The position numbers were made by a program, and so were the translations under genes. The notes under the pieces are model-generated. The model did no database searches. It was not told the origin of the DNA and was given only the letters and a program-made list of their open reading frames with translations. Of a stretch of 64,000 nt of DNA, positions 48,701-61,352 are shown piece after piece. How positions within the stretch are numbered: position 1 is the stretch's first letter; each line of letters begins with the position of its first letter. Source of the stretch: Cyanophora paradoxa CCMP329 (Eukaryota; Plantae; Glaucophyta); assembly GCA_004431415.1 (NCBI GenBank), contig QPMI01000657.1:186001-250000 (forward strand). Reading direction: 5' to 3'.

Positions 48701-51700
48701 TTTAAACGAGTGCTTAATTCGAAATGAATGATGCTACTGACCTTCGCCGTGCATGCACTCTGATCGGCCGCCTCACGGCTGGAATCACTGAATCAGAAAC
48801 GACCCACTTATGCACGCCGCCATCGCCAGAGCCGACCGCCCGAGATGGCGATCACTCTAGATCAGCGAGGTGCGGCTCAGGCCGCAAACGAGCAGTTGCA
48901 GGAGTTGCAGCTACGATAATGCTAACCGGATTTGGGAAATGGGAGAGCCGCTTGCCCTCCCGGTGCAATAGTAGCGACAGTGCGGCAAAGCCACGATCAT
49001 GAGTACTGAAAACTAGCTTCCAAGGCTCTCTGCGAGGTTGCCCGCTTTAAACGAGTGCTTAATTCGAAATGAATGATGCTACTGACCTTCGCCGTGCATG
49101 CACTCTGATCGGCCGCCTCACGGCTGGAATTACTGAATCAGCAACGACGTCGACCCACGTGCACGCCGCCATCGCCAGAGCCGACCGCCCGAGATGGCGA
49201 TCACTCTAGATCAGCGAGGTGCGGCTCAGGCCGCAAACGAGCAGTTGCAGGAGTTGCAGCTACGATAATGCTAACCGGATTTGGGAAATGGGAGAGCCGC
49301 TCGCCCTCCCGGTGCAGTAGTAGGGACAGTGCGGCAAAGCCGCGATCATGAGTACTGAAAACTAGCTTCCAAGGCTCTCTGCGAGGTTGCCCGCTTTAAA
49401 CGAGTGCTTAATTCGAAATGAATGATGCTACTGACCTTCGCCGTGCATGCACTCTGATCGGCCGCCTCACGGCTGGAATCACTGAATCAGAAACGACCCA
49501 CTTATGCACGCCGCCATCGCCAGAGCCGACCGCCCGAGATGGCGATCACTCTAGATCAGCGAGGTGCGGCTCAGGCCGCAAACGAGCAGTTGCAGGAGTT
49601 GCAGCTACGATAATGCTAACCGGATTTAGGAAATGGGAGAGCCGCTCGCCCTCCCGGTGCAGTAGTAGTGACAGTGCGGCAAAGCCGTGATCATGAGTAC
49701 TGAAAACTAGCTTCCAAGGCTCTCTGCGAGGTTGCCCGCTTTAAACGAGTGCTTAATTCGAAATGAATGATGCTACTGACCTTCGCCGTGCATGCACTCT
49801 GATCGGTCGCCTCACGGCTGGAATCACTGAATCAGAAACGACCCACTTATGCACGCCGCCATCGCCAGAGCCGACCGCCCGAGATGGCGATCACTCTAGA
49901 TCAGCGAGGTGCGGCTCAGGCCGCAAACGAGCAGTTGCAGGAGTTGCAGCTACGATAATGCTAACCGGATTTGGGAAATGGGAGAGCCGCTCGCCCTCCC
50001 GGTGCAATAGTAGCGACAGTGCGGCAAAGCCGCGATCATGAGTACTGAAAACTAGCTTCCAAGGCTCTCTGCGAGGTTGCCCGCTTTAAACGAGTGCTTA
50101 ATTCGAAATGAATGATGCTACTGACCTTCGCCGTGCATGCACTCTGATCGGTCGCCTCACGGCTGGAATCACTGAATCAGAAACGACCCACTTATGCACG
50201 CCGCCATCGCCAGAGCCGACCGCCCGAGATGGCGATCACTCTAGATCAGCGAGGTGCGGCTCAGGCCGCAAACGAGCAGTTGCAGGAGTTGCAGCTACGA
50301 TAATGCTAACCGGATTTGGGAAATGGGAGAGCCGCTCGCCTCCCGGTGCAATAGTAGCGACAGTGCGGCAAAGCCGCGATCATGAGTACTGAAAACTAGC
50401 TTCCAAGGCTCTCTGCGAGGTTGCCCGCTTTAAACGAGTGCTTAATTCGAAATGAATGATGCTACTGACCTTCGCCGTGCATGCACTCTGATCGGCCGCC
50501 TCACGGCTGGAATTACTGAATCAGCAACGACGTCGACCCACGTGCACGCCGCCATCGCCAGAGCCGACCGCCCGAGATGGCGATCACTCTAGATCAGCGA
50601 GGTGCGGCTCAGGCCGCAAACGAGCAGTTGCAGGAGTTGCAGCTACGATAATGCAAACCGGATTTGGGAAATGGGAGAGCCGCTCGCCCTCCCGGTGCAG
50701 TAGTAGCGACAGTGCGGCAAAGCCGTGATCATGAGTACTGAAAACTAGCTTCCAAGGCTCTCTGCGAGGTTGCCCGCTTTAAACGAGTGCTTAATTCGAA
50801 ATGAATGATGCTACTGACCTTCGCCGTGCATGCACTCTGATCGGCCGCCTCACGGCTGGAATCACTGAATCAGCATGCGCAACGACCCACGCCGCCATCG
50901 CCAGAGCCGACCGCCCGAGATGGCGATCACTCTAGATCAGCGAGGTGCGGCTCAGGCCGCAAACGAGCAGTTGCAGGAGTTGCAGCTACGATAATGCTAA
51001 CCGGATTTGGGAAATGGGAGAGCCGCTCGCCCTCCCGGTGCAATAGTAGCGACAGTGCGGCAAAGCCGCGATCATGAGTACTGAAAACTAGCTTCCAAGG
51101 CTCTCTGCGAGGTTGCCCGCTTTAAACGAGTGCTTAATTCGAAATGAATGATGCTACTGACCTTCGCCGTGCATGCACTCTGATCGGCCGCCTCACGGCT
51201 GGAATTACTGAATCAGCAACGACGTCGACCCACTTATGCACGCCGCCATCGCCAGAGCCGACCGCCCGAGATGGCGATCATGATCACTCTAGATCAGCGA
51301 GGTGCGGCTCAGGCCGCAAACGAGCAGTTGCAGGAGTTGCAGCTACGATAATGCTAACCGGATTTAGGAAATGGGAGAGCCGCTCGCCCTCCCAGTGCAG
51401 TAGTAGCGACAGTGCGGCAAAGCCGTGATCATGAGTACTGAAAACTAGCTTCCAAGGCTCTCTGCGAGGTTGCCCGCTTTAAACGAGTGCTTAATTCGAC
51501 ATGAATGATGCTACTGACCTTCGCCGTGCATGCACTCTGATCGGTCGCCTCACGGCTGGAATCACTGAATCAGAAACGACCCACTTATGCACGCCGCCAT
51601 CGCCAGAGCCGACCGCCCGAGATGGCGATCACTCTAGATCAGCGAGGTGCGGCTCAGGCCGCAAACGAGCAGTTGCAGGAGTTGCAGCTACGATAATGCT

Positions 51701-54700
51701 AACCGGATTTGGGAAATGGGAGAGCCGCTCGCCCTCCCGGTGCAATAGTAGCGACAGTGCGGCAAAGCCGCGATCATGAGTACTGAAAACTAGCTTCCAA
51801 GGCTCTCTGCGAGGTTGCCCGCTTTAAACGAGTGCTTAATTCGAAATGAATGATGCTACTGACCTTCGCCGTGCATGCACTCTGATCGGCCGCCTCACGG
51901 CTGGAATTACTGAATCAGCAACGACGTCGACCCACGTGCACGCCGCCATCGCCAGAGCCGACCGCCCGAGATGGCGATCACTCTAGATCAGCGAGGTGCG
52001 GCTCAGGCCGCAAACGAGCAGTTGCAGGAGTTGCAGCTACGATAATGCAAACCGGATTTGGGAAATGGGAGAGCCGCTCGCCCTCCCGGTGCAGTAGTAG
52101 CGACAGTGCGGCAAAGCCGTGATCATGAGTACTGAAAACTAGCTTCCAAGGCTCTCTGCGAGGTTGCCCGCTTTAAACGAGTGCTTAATTCGAAATGAAT
52201 GATGCTACTGACCTTCGCCGTGCATGCACTCTGATCGGCCGCCTCACGGCTGGAATCACTGAATCAGCATGCGCAACGACCCACGCCGCCATCGCCAGAG
52301 CCGACCGCCCGAGATGGCGATCACTCTAGATCAGCGAGGTGCGGCTCAGGCCGCAAACGAGCAGTTGCAGGAGTTGCAGCTACGATAATGCTAACCGGAT
52401 TTGGGAAATGGGAGAGCCGCTCGCCCTCCCGGTGCAATAGTAGCGACAGTGCGGCAAAGCCGCGATCATGAGTACTGAAAACTAGCTTCCAAGGCTCTCT
52501 GCGAGGTTGCCCGCTTTAAACGAGTGCTTAATTCGAAATGAATGATGCTACTGACCTTCGCCGTGCATGCACTCTGATCGGCCGCCTCACGGCTGGAATT
52601 ACTGAATCAGCAACGACGTCGACCCACGTGCACGCCGCCATCGCCAGAGCCGACCGCCCGAGATGGCGATCACTCTAGATCAGCGAGGTGCGGCTCAGGC
52701 CGCAAACGAGCAGTTGCAGGAGTTGCAGCTACGATAATGCTAACCGGATTTGGGAAATGGGAGAGCCGCTCGCCCTCCCGGTGCAGTAGTAGCGACAGTG
52801 CGGCAAAGCCGCGATCATGAGTACTGAAAACTAGCTTCCAAGGCTCTCTGCGAGGTTGCCCGCTTTAAACGAGTGCTTAATTCGAAATGAATGATGCTAC
52901 TGACCTTCGCCGTGCATGCACTCTGATCGGCCGCCTCACGGCTGGAATCACTGAATCAGAAACGACCCACTTATGCACGCCGCCATCGCCAGAGCCGACC
53001 GCCCGAGATGGCGATCACTCTAGATCAGCGAGGTGCGGCTCAGGCCGCAAACGAGCAGTTGCAGGAGTTGCAGCTACGATAATGCTAACCGGATTTAGGA
53101 AATGGGAGAGCCGCTCGCCCTCCCGGTGCAGTAGTAGTGACAGTGCGGCAAAGCCGTGATCATGAGTACTGAAAACTAGCTTCCAAGGCTCTCTGCGAGG
53201 TTGCCCGCTTTAAACGAGTGCTTAATTCGAAATGAATGATGCTACTGACCTTCGCCGTGCATGCACTCTGATCGGTCGCCTCACGGCTGGAATCACTGAA
53301 TCAGAAACGACCCACTTATGCACGCCGCCATCGCCAGAGCCGACCGCCCGAGATGGCGATCACTCTAGATCAGCGAGGTGCGGCTCAGGCCGCAAACGAG
53401 CAGTTGCAGGAGTTGCAGCTACGATAATGCTAACCGGATTTGGGAAATGGGAGAGCCGCTCGCCCTCCCGGTGCAATAGTAGCGACAGTGCGGCAAAGCC
53501 GCGATCATGAGTACTGAAAACTAGCTTCCAAGGCTCTCTGCGAGGTTGCCCGCTTTAAACGAGTGCTTAATTCGAAATGAATGATGCTACTGACCTTCGC
53601 CGTGCATGCACTCTGATCGGCCGCCTCACGGCTGGAATTCGAATTACTGAATCAGCAACGACGTCGACCCACGTGCACGCCGCCATCGCCAGAGCCGACC
53701 GCCCGAGATGGCGATCACTCTAGATCAGCGAGGTGCGGCTCAGGCCGCAAACGAGCAGTTGCAGGAGTTGCAGCTACGATAATGCAAACCGGATTTGGGA
53801 AATGGGAGAGCCGCTCGCCCTCCCGGTGCAGTAGTAGCGACAGTGCGGCAAAGCCGTGATCATGAGTACTGAAAACTAGCTTCCAAGGCTCTCTGCGAGG
53901 TTGCCCGCTTTAAACGAGTGCTTAATTCGAAATGAATGATGCTACTGACCTTCGCCGTGCATGCACTCTGATCGGCCGCCTCACGGCTGGAATCACTGAA
54001 TCAGCATGCGCAACGACCCACGCCGCCATCGCCAGAGCCGACCGCCCGAGATGGCGATCACTCTAGATCAGCGAGGTGCGGCTCAGGCCGCAAACGAGCA
54101 GTTGCAGGAGTTGCAGCTACGATAATGCTAACCGGATTTGGGAAATGGGAGAGCCGCTCGCCCTCCCGGTGCAATAGTAGCGACAGTGCGGCAAAGCCGC
54201 GATCATGAGTACTGAAAACTAGCTTCCAAGGCTCTCTGCGAGGTTGCCCGCTTTAAACGAGTGCTTAATTCGAAATGAATGATGCTACTGACCTTCGCCG
54301 TGCATGCACTCTGATCGGCCGCCTCACGGCTGGAATTACTGAATCAGCAACGACGTCGACCCACGTGCACGCCGCCATCGCCAGAGCCGACCGCCCGAGA
54401 TGGCGATCACTCTAGATCAGCGAGGTGCGGCTCAGGCCGCAAACGAGCAGTTGCAGGAGTTGCAGCTACGATAATGCTAACCGGATTTGGGAAATGGGAG
54501 AGCCGCTCGCCCTCCGGTGCAGTAGTAGCGACAGTGCGGCAAAGCCGTGATCATGAGTACTGAAAACTAGCTTCCAAGGCTCTCTGCGAGGTTGCCCGCT
54601 TTAAACGAGTGCTTAATTCGAAATGAATGATGCTACTGACCTTCGCCGTGCATGCACTCTGATCGGCCGCCTCACGGCTGGAATCACTGAATCAGCATGC

Positions 54701-54994
54701 GCAACGACCCACGCCGCCATCGCCAGAGCCGACCGCCCGAGATGGCGATCACTCTAGATCAGCGAGGTGCGGCTCAGGCCGCAAACGAGCAGTTGCAGGA
54801 GTTGCAGCTACGATAATGCTAACCGGATTTAGGAAATGGGAGAGCCGCTCGCCCTCCCGGTGCAGTAGTAGCGACAGTGCGGCAAAGCCGTGATCATGAG
54901 TACTGAGAGCTCGCCCTCCCGGTGCAGTAGTAGCGACAGTGCGGCAAAGCTGTGATCATGAGTACTGAAAACTAGCTTTCAAGGCTCTCTGCAA
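39733..54994 (+). repeat. Satellite array, 44 units of ~345 bp
   Basis: 44 occurrences of ATGAATGATGCTACTGACC counted from 39752 to 54623, spaced 343-357 bp apart; units are nearly identical. Confidence 0.98.
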
Positions 54995-55351
54995 GGAAGT
55001 CTTCTGCGAGAAAGTCTAGCCGACCGCCAGAGCCATAATTATAAGAGCCGGAGTCTTTTGGCGGGTCGGATTATATCAAAATAGATGGTAGTCGCTCGCT
55101 CATGAGCATCGCCGGTCAACTTTGCTCATGGCTTCCCAGCCACTGAGCCCTAGGGCCGCTTCAACTGTTCCTGAAATCACCTACCAGGTTCTGGAATGCT
55201 ACAGCTAGTTGTTCATGTCGTGCACGTGTCGAGCCGTTCATGATCAGCACCTACCAGGGTCTGGAAAGCTACAGCTAGTTGTCGCGTCGAGCTGGTGTTT
55301 TAGCTGTAGGCCTCCAGGGCTGCTGCGAGGTTGCACAGATCCGCCCTATAA

Positions 55352-58300
55352 TTAGCTGGCGCCAGTAATAACGGTAACTGAATGCATTATGGACGAACCA
55401 GCATTGAAATCAATTGGGAATATATATCGATGCAATGATGACTTTTCGGCAGCAGGCTGCACAGAAACTCCAAGAGGTGGGACATTTGGAGGGACTGCAA
55501 AGAGAAACCCTGTGTTGACGTTGCAAAACACTCATTCAAAATATACGTGGAAAGCCTTGTACCTGCATGAGACAGCTGATCTGTGCGCTCAGAGCCTCTA
55601 GATGTGGAAGCCCTTAAGCTTCGAATTCGCTCGGCAGCGGGATGGCTGTTCATGATGTGTCGAATCTTGTCTCGAATTAATTCTGACGCTGCATGAAGGT
55701 CTTGAAAGAATCTTGGATTGGCTTTTCGCATCCTGCACACTGCGAATAGTGAATAGGCGTGTGTGAATTCAATTTTGCGAAATTATAACAATATAACTAC
55801 TGACGTTCTTCGAGCAGCCATGAAGTTTGAAGAAGTGCGAAACGATAAGGCTGAGTTGTGACAGCATCTGTGAAGACTCTAATAAGTGTATGCAGTTGCT
55901 TTTAGAAACGACTCTTATAAGTATATGCAATTGCTTTAGAGCGGCTCCATACCTACATAATCGTTTTGTGCGAAATGCTTGGCAGAGACTTCGAAAGTGC
56001 GATACCAGGGATCTTCTCCACTTGGCATTTGCTTCACCTGAGTAACAATCGCATATGAATGTGCAATATATGCATGTAATAATTACGCACAAGAATGAAT
56101 GATGGAATCAACATCTTTCCCGTAATCACACCGTGGACGTAGACGTGGTCACGATTGGCTGCAGCGCTCACGAACTGCTCGAATGCGAAATTCGATTTTG
56201 CCGTTCTGCAGGCGGCTGGCCATTGCATGCGATAAGCTTGCATGCTCGAGCTCGCATTATACGCATATGCCGACACACACCCGTATTCGATTCATCGAAG
56301 ACAAGGGCTATGCCGAACTCCAGGCAGATTGCCGATAGCTGCAGAAAGTAGTCCAGCGACATATAACGTATTCCTTCGTAGGGATCCATTTGGATCGCCT
56401 CGCAGATGATGACCTATTTCCACGCTAGTCACGCTTGAATTTCACAAACAGGACTATAAGACATGCATGCGCATGCAGATACGTACGTATACACGAGCAT
56501 ACCTTGATGGGCAGCTTCGAAAAAGGATGCGACTTTGTCAGCTCTTCTTGAGTGATCTCTGCACTTTCTTGCTTGCGACCTTGAATCATCTGTATATATT
56601 TATATCGGAAGCAAGGCATCCCCCGGCCTGGCATCAGGCGATCATCTCTGCATCTTAAGCTTGCAAAGTTTCAAACCGTGCGAAGTTCTCGAATAGCGTT
56701 TTGAACCGCCGCTGCTTTTGGTTCTGGTCGTTGCTTACTTGGATGTTCATTCTCGTAGATGCAAGGGATGACGACGTATTTTTCCCTTGGGATAGTACAA
56801 TCAGCGGCTCTAAATTTTCGTATGCACATAAATTAAAAAGAGACAGTTGGCAGACCTTCCCATAATTGCACTAGCAGGCATGGGCTCTCGTTTGTTGGTC
56901 GCGTTTGGTACATTTGTTCCGAGAGCGCCTCTTGATGTTCCGTAGCATCCTTTTGCCCAGACATACGTCCCCATTTTGCACTTGGGATTTGAGTGCAGGC
57001 TCGCGATCTATTTGAAGTTTAGTCGTCTCAAAATTTGACAAATAGGAAGAAAAGAGCACCAGGCATGCAATCTCATTGATCACCGATTCCAAGTCAGATG
57101 AGCTGCCAGCGTTTGCACGCATCAACAATTTGAAGCCCTCTGACAACGTGTTGAGGTAGCCATCAATCGTTTTCCTCAAAGCTTCAATTTTCTCTGCGTC
57201 ACGTACACATCACTGAACTGTTGATTCAGCATCTAGCGTTTGAGAATTAATATACCCGTTGAGTAATACTGAAATTGTACATGTGTGCCGTCGACGTCGA
57301 CGTTAACGTTGTCATGCACCAATGAGGGCAAGGCCATTGGGTCTGACAAAGCATGCCGCATGAATCTGTAAAGGTTGAAGAACAAATTAGATACGGCAGA
57401 TATCGCGATCGATCATGGGATTGCAGCCGAGTATAAATCACTCACTTGCCGGTAAGATCATGGGTGACTTTCGGTTGTGAAAGTACGGATGCCATTGATG
57501 AGCCCCAAGCTCTGAAAAAATCTTGCTTGCCTGCATTGTAGGTGGATCTCAACTGTGGATCGTGATGCAGTCGACTCTGCAAAATTTCCACAGCCACTGC
57601 TGGTGCCACCAGGGACCAAGTGGAGTCGTTGGCCTCCGGATCTGGGCTGCAACTGGAACTAGTCCTCCAATCTTGAAGGGGATCCAGAAGCCCTGAAAGA
57701 TCGTCTGTGGATAGTTCAGCACATGCTCTGCGTATGCAAAAGAGGCTTAATCAGCGTTAACGTTGTTATGAAGTATAAAAAGAACATCCTCAGGCACCGA
57801 AACGCTTCGAGCGCTTCTTCAGGACTATGGAGCTGACTGAAGCTGAGAAACATGATGAGCACTTGGACGATAGGGCTCTTGAAATTATTTGCCAGCTGCA
57901 GATTCATTGCCCTGTCGACGTAAAATATATTAACAAGCGAATTTCAGAGCAATTGCGAGCATTGTACTGACTTCATGACGGCTGTGAAGATGCCCGTTAA
58001 TGCAGACAAGCATGGAAGATCCGACTTCAGGTTTCGAAGCAGTTCTGTTCGTTTCACGAATGAGGTCGCCGCGGCGCGGCCCTGTTGCGGGCCGCATTCG
58101 CAAAGAACGGGATCGCGCACGGCTAGCGCTGAGGGGCCTGGCAGCCTCGAAGGCGGCCGCCTTCCGCTTTGCAGCTGCACCGGACTCTGTGATTTTCAAA
58201 CCGAGGGCGCGAGTTAGCTGCTAACCGGGCCGCACACGCAAGGAGCAGCTGCACGCACGGGTGCCTGGGGATGCGGGAGCACTGCTAGCGCTGGCGGCCG

Positions 58301-58729
58301 CCTTCCGCTTGGCAGCTGCCATCAATTGCAAGCTTTCAATTGCAAGCTTTCGCGTGCAGGGCGCCCCCGCGGCGCGCCTAGCGTGCCTGTGCCTTGCGGC
58401 GCGTGTTGCTATAGATGTTAGGGACTGCTCAGCACGGGCTGCAGCGCCACCGGCAGCTGTTCCGTTTTGTATGGCACATGCAAGGCGGCCGTTCTCGGAG
58501 CGAAATCGATTGCCGGGCGGTCTAGCGGGGCCGAATATCGCTTTTAGATGCTAGAGAGTGAAAGCGCACCTCCGGAGGCTTGGCAATCGATTCTGCTACC
58601 CGCTCTGGCCGCGGCGGCATTGGCGGTATGCTGGCGCTTCACGGCGGCGAGCTTGCCATGCCCTTTCTGATGCGATCGCTTTGGCTTCTCCTGGGCGTCC
58701 GCCGCGGTGACTTCGGGGGCGTCCTCCAT
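55352..58729 (-). CDS. Multi-exon divergent class-III PLP-dependent aminotransferase-like protein with a basic low-complexity N-terminus (transposon cargo)
   Basis: Spliced exons give colinear class-III motifs: ANAGSSSDLESVI, YVWAKGCYGTSRGAL, VIICEAIQ...DYFLQLSAICLEFGIALVFDESNT|AACRTAKSNFAFEQF...VITGKML, IRDKIRHIMNSHP, AGFLFAV, LHRYIFPIDF, then TAA at 55354-55352. Start codon and some exon edges are tentative. Confidence 0.75.
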
Positions 58730-59293
58730 TGCCGCTCGGCGTTGCCAAGTTGCTCAGCGTTCCTTTCAAGTTTGCTCGAGCTCTAGATCTAGATCTCCGC
58801 TGCTGCTTGTCCTCTTAAAAGAGCGATTCCCCTCTAGATCTCCGCGTTTGATCTCCTCTAGCTTCACGGCGCCGCTTGCCCCCCCCTCCAGAAAGCGTAC
58901 CCCCAAAAGTTTTGGGAACGGCCGTCCTCGTTCAAAAAAGCGAGCAGCTCTGCCTACCGAACAGCTCAGCGACTGCTGCCGAATGAAGATCATTGCCGAT
59001 CGGAATGCAAACCATTTGAGGGCGAGGAGAGGTCAGGTTTGTGTGGCTGTTCGTGCTCCAGGTGCGCTCCCGCTCATCACAGCTGCACGCTTGCAATAGG
59101 CTGTTTCCTTAGTTGCGCAAAAGCGATAGCAATTGGTTCGCAGCTGCTCATCCGCCCCAGCCGCGGCCGCAGGCTGCAGCTGCTCATGGCCATGGAATGG
59201 ATCGATGGCGCCGCGCGCGCCGGCAAGCGCGACCTTCAACGAAGGTGCGCATCCCCTTGGTTGCAACTTCTCATCATTTCCCGCCTGCTCATA

Positions 59294-61352
59294 GCCGCGC
59301 CTCGCAGAGTGATCGCTTTCTCGGGGGGTTGGCTCTGGCGGGCTGTTTCTGACCCGAGTGCTGGGGCGTCGCTCCGGCCGATCCGAGTGCATGGCGAAGG
59401 TCAGTTCCATCATTCATTTCGATATTTGCACTCGTCTCAATCGTGCGACCTTGCAGGCATCTTGGGAGCTTCGCTTTCGGCACTCTCGGCGTGGCCGCGC
59501 CGCACCTGGTGGGCAGGCGCGGCGCTCTCGCTTCGTAATAAAGGTGAGTATACGTATACGTATCGCTGCTGCTGCAACTTCTAATCGTTTCGGGCCTGAC
59601 CCGCGCCTCGCAGAGTGATCGCTTTCTAAGGGGGTTGGCTCTGGCGGGCTGTTTCTGACCCGAGTGCTGGGGCATCGCTCCGGCCGATCCGAGTGCATGG
59701 CGAAGGTCAGTTCCATCATTCATTTCGATATTTGCACTCGTCTCAATCGTGCGACCTCGCAGGCATCTTGGGAGCTTCGCTTTCGGCACTCTCGGCGTGG
59801 CCGCGCCGCAGCTGGTGGGCGGGCGGCGCTCTCGCTTCGTAATAAAGGTGAGTATACGTATACGTATCGCTGCTGCTGCAACTTCTTATCGTTTCGGGCC
59901 TGACCCGCGCCTCGCAGAGTGATCGCTTTCTAAGGGGGTTGGCTCTGGCGGGCTGTTTCTGACCCGAGTGCTGGGGCGTCGCTCCGGCCGATCCGAGTGC
60001 ATGGCGAAGGTCAGTTCCATCATTCATTTCGATATTTGCACTCGTCTCAATCGTGCGACCTCGCAGGCATCTTGGGAGCTTCGCTTTCGGCACTCTCGGC
60101 GTGGCCGCGCCGCAGCTGGTGGGCGGGCGGCGCTCTCGCTTCGTAATAAAGGTGAGTATACGTATACGTATCGCTGCTGCTGCAACTTCTAATGGTTTCG
60201 GGCCTGACCCGCGCCTCGCAGAGTGATCGCTTTCTAAGGGGGTTGGCTCTGGCGGGCTGTTTCTGACCCGAGTGCTGGGGCGTCGCTCCGGCCGATCCGA
60301 GTGCATGGCGAAGGTCAGTTCCATCATTCATTTCGATATTTGTGCTCGTCTCAATCGTGCGACCTCGCAGGCATCTTGGGAGCTTCGCTTTCGGCACTCT
60401 CGGCGTGGCCGCGCCGCAGCTGGTGGGCGGGCGGCGCTCTCGCTTCGTAATAAAGGTGAGTATCGCTGCTGCTGCAACTTCTTATCGTTTCGGGCCTGAC
60501 CCGCGCCTCGCAGAGTGATCGCTTTCTAAGGGGGTTGGCTCTGGCGGGCTGTTTCTGACCCGAGTGCTGGGGCGTCGCTCCGGCCGATCCGAGTGCATGG
60601 CGAAGGTCAGTTCCATCATTCATTTCGATATTTGCACTCGTCTCAATCGTGCGACCTCGCAGGCATCTTGGGAGCTTCGCTTTCGGCACTCTCGGCGTGG
60701 CCGCGCCGCAGCTGGTGGGCGGGCGGCGCTCTCGCTTCGTAATAAAGGTGAGTATACGTATACGTATCGCTGCTGCTGCAACTTCCAATCGTTTCCGCCC
60801 TGAGCTACGCCTCGCAGAGTGATCGCTTTCTCGGGGGGATGGCTCTGGCGGGCTGTTTCTGACCCGAGTGCTGGGGCGTCGCTCCGGCCGATCCGAGTGC
60901 ATGGCGAAGGTCAGTTCCATCATTCATTTCGATATTTGTGCTCGTCTCAATCGTGCGACCTCGCAGGCATCTTGGGAGCTTCGCTTTCGGCACTCTCGGC
61001 GTGGCCGCGCCGCAGCTGGTGGGCGGGCGGCGCTCTTGCTTCGTAATAAAGGTGAGTATACGTATACGTATCGCTGCTGCTGCAACTTCTTATCGTTTCG
61101 GGCCTGACCCGCGCCTCGCAGAGTGATCGCTTTCTCGGGGGGATGGCTCTGGCGGGCTGTTTCTGACCCGAGTGCTGGGGCGTCGCTCCGGTCGATCCGA
61201 GTGCATGGCGAAGGTCAGTTCCATCATTCATTTCGATATTTGCACTCGTCTCAATCGTGCGACCTCGCAGGCATCTTGGGAGCTTCGCTTTCGGCACTCT
61301 CGGCGTGGCCGTGCCGCAGCTGGAGGGCAGGCGCGGCGCTCGTACTTCGTAA
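59294..61352 (-). repeat. Second satellite array, 7 units of ~304 bp, an inverted diverged homologue of the 345-bp unit
   Basis: Unit spacing 306, 304, 304, 292, 304, 304. The reverse complement shares blocks ACGAGTGC, TCGAAATGAATGATG, ACTGACCTTCGCC, GATCGGCCG, CGCCAGAGCC, GCGATCACTCT and CTGCGAGGT, in the same order as the left array. Confidence 0.95.

Noticed and set aside
39733-54994. CRISPR array, or a tandem family of 90-aa genes (MNDATDLRRAC...)
   Set aside because: There are no unique spacers and no cas genes. The ORF is frameshifted in many units and its frame is not kept in the homologous right array, so it is a by-product of the satellite.
55352-58729. Interpreting the CACTA-internal gene as the transposase
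   Set aside because: No TnpD/Transposase_21 or DDE motifs recognised; the motifs match class-III aminotransferases instead.
59537-59550. Spliced-leader RNA array (AAG|GTGAGT in the right-array units)
   Set aside because: The donor-like motif is not conserved in the left array, and no convincing Sm site or SL structure was seen.
39733-61352. Hammerhead-ribozyme (retrozyme) satellite, or snoRNA/5S/tRNA array
   Set aside because: The unit size is suggestive, but I found no CUGANGA core on either strand, only an imperfect box C (ATGATGC), and no recognisable 5S or tRNA sequence. An Rfam scan would settle it.
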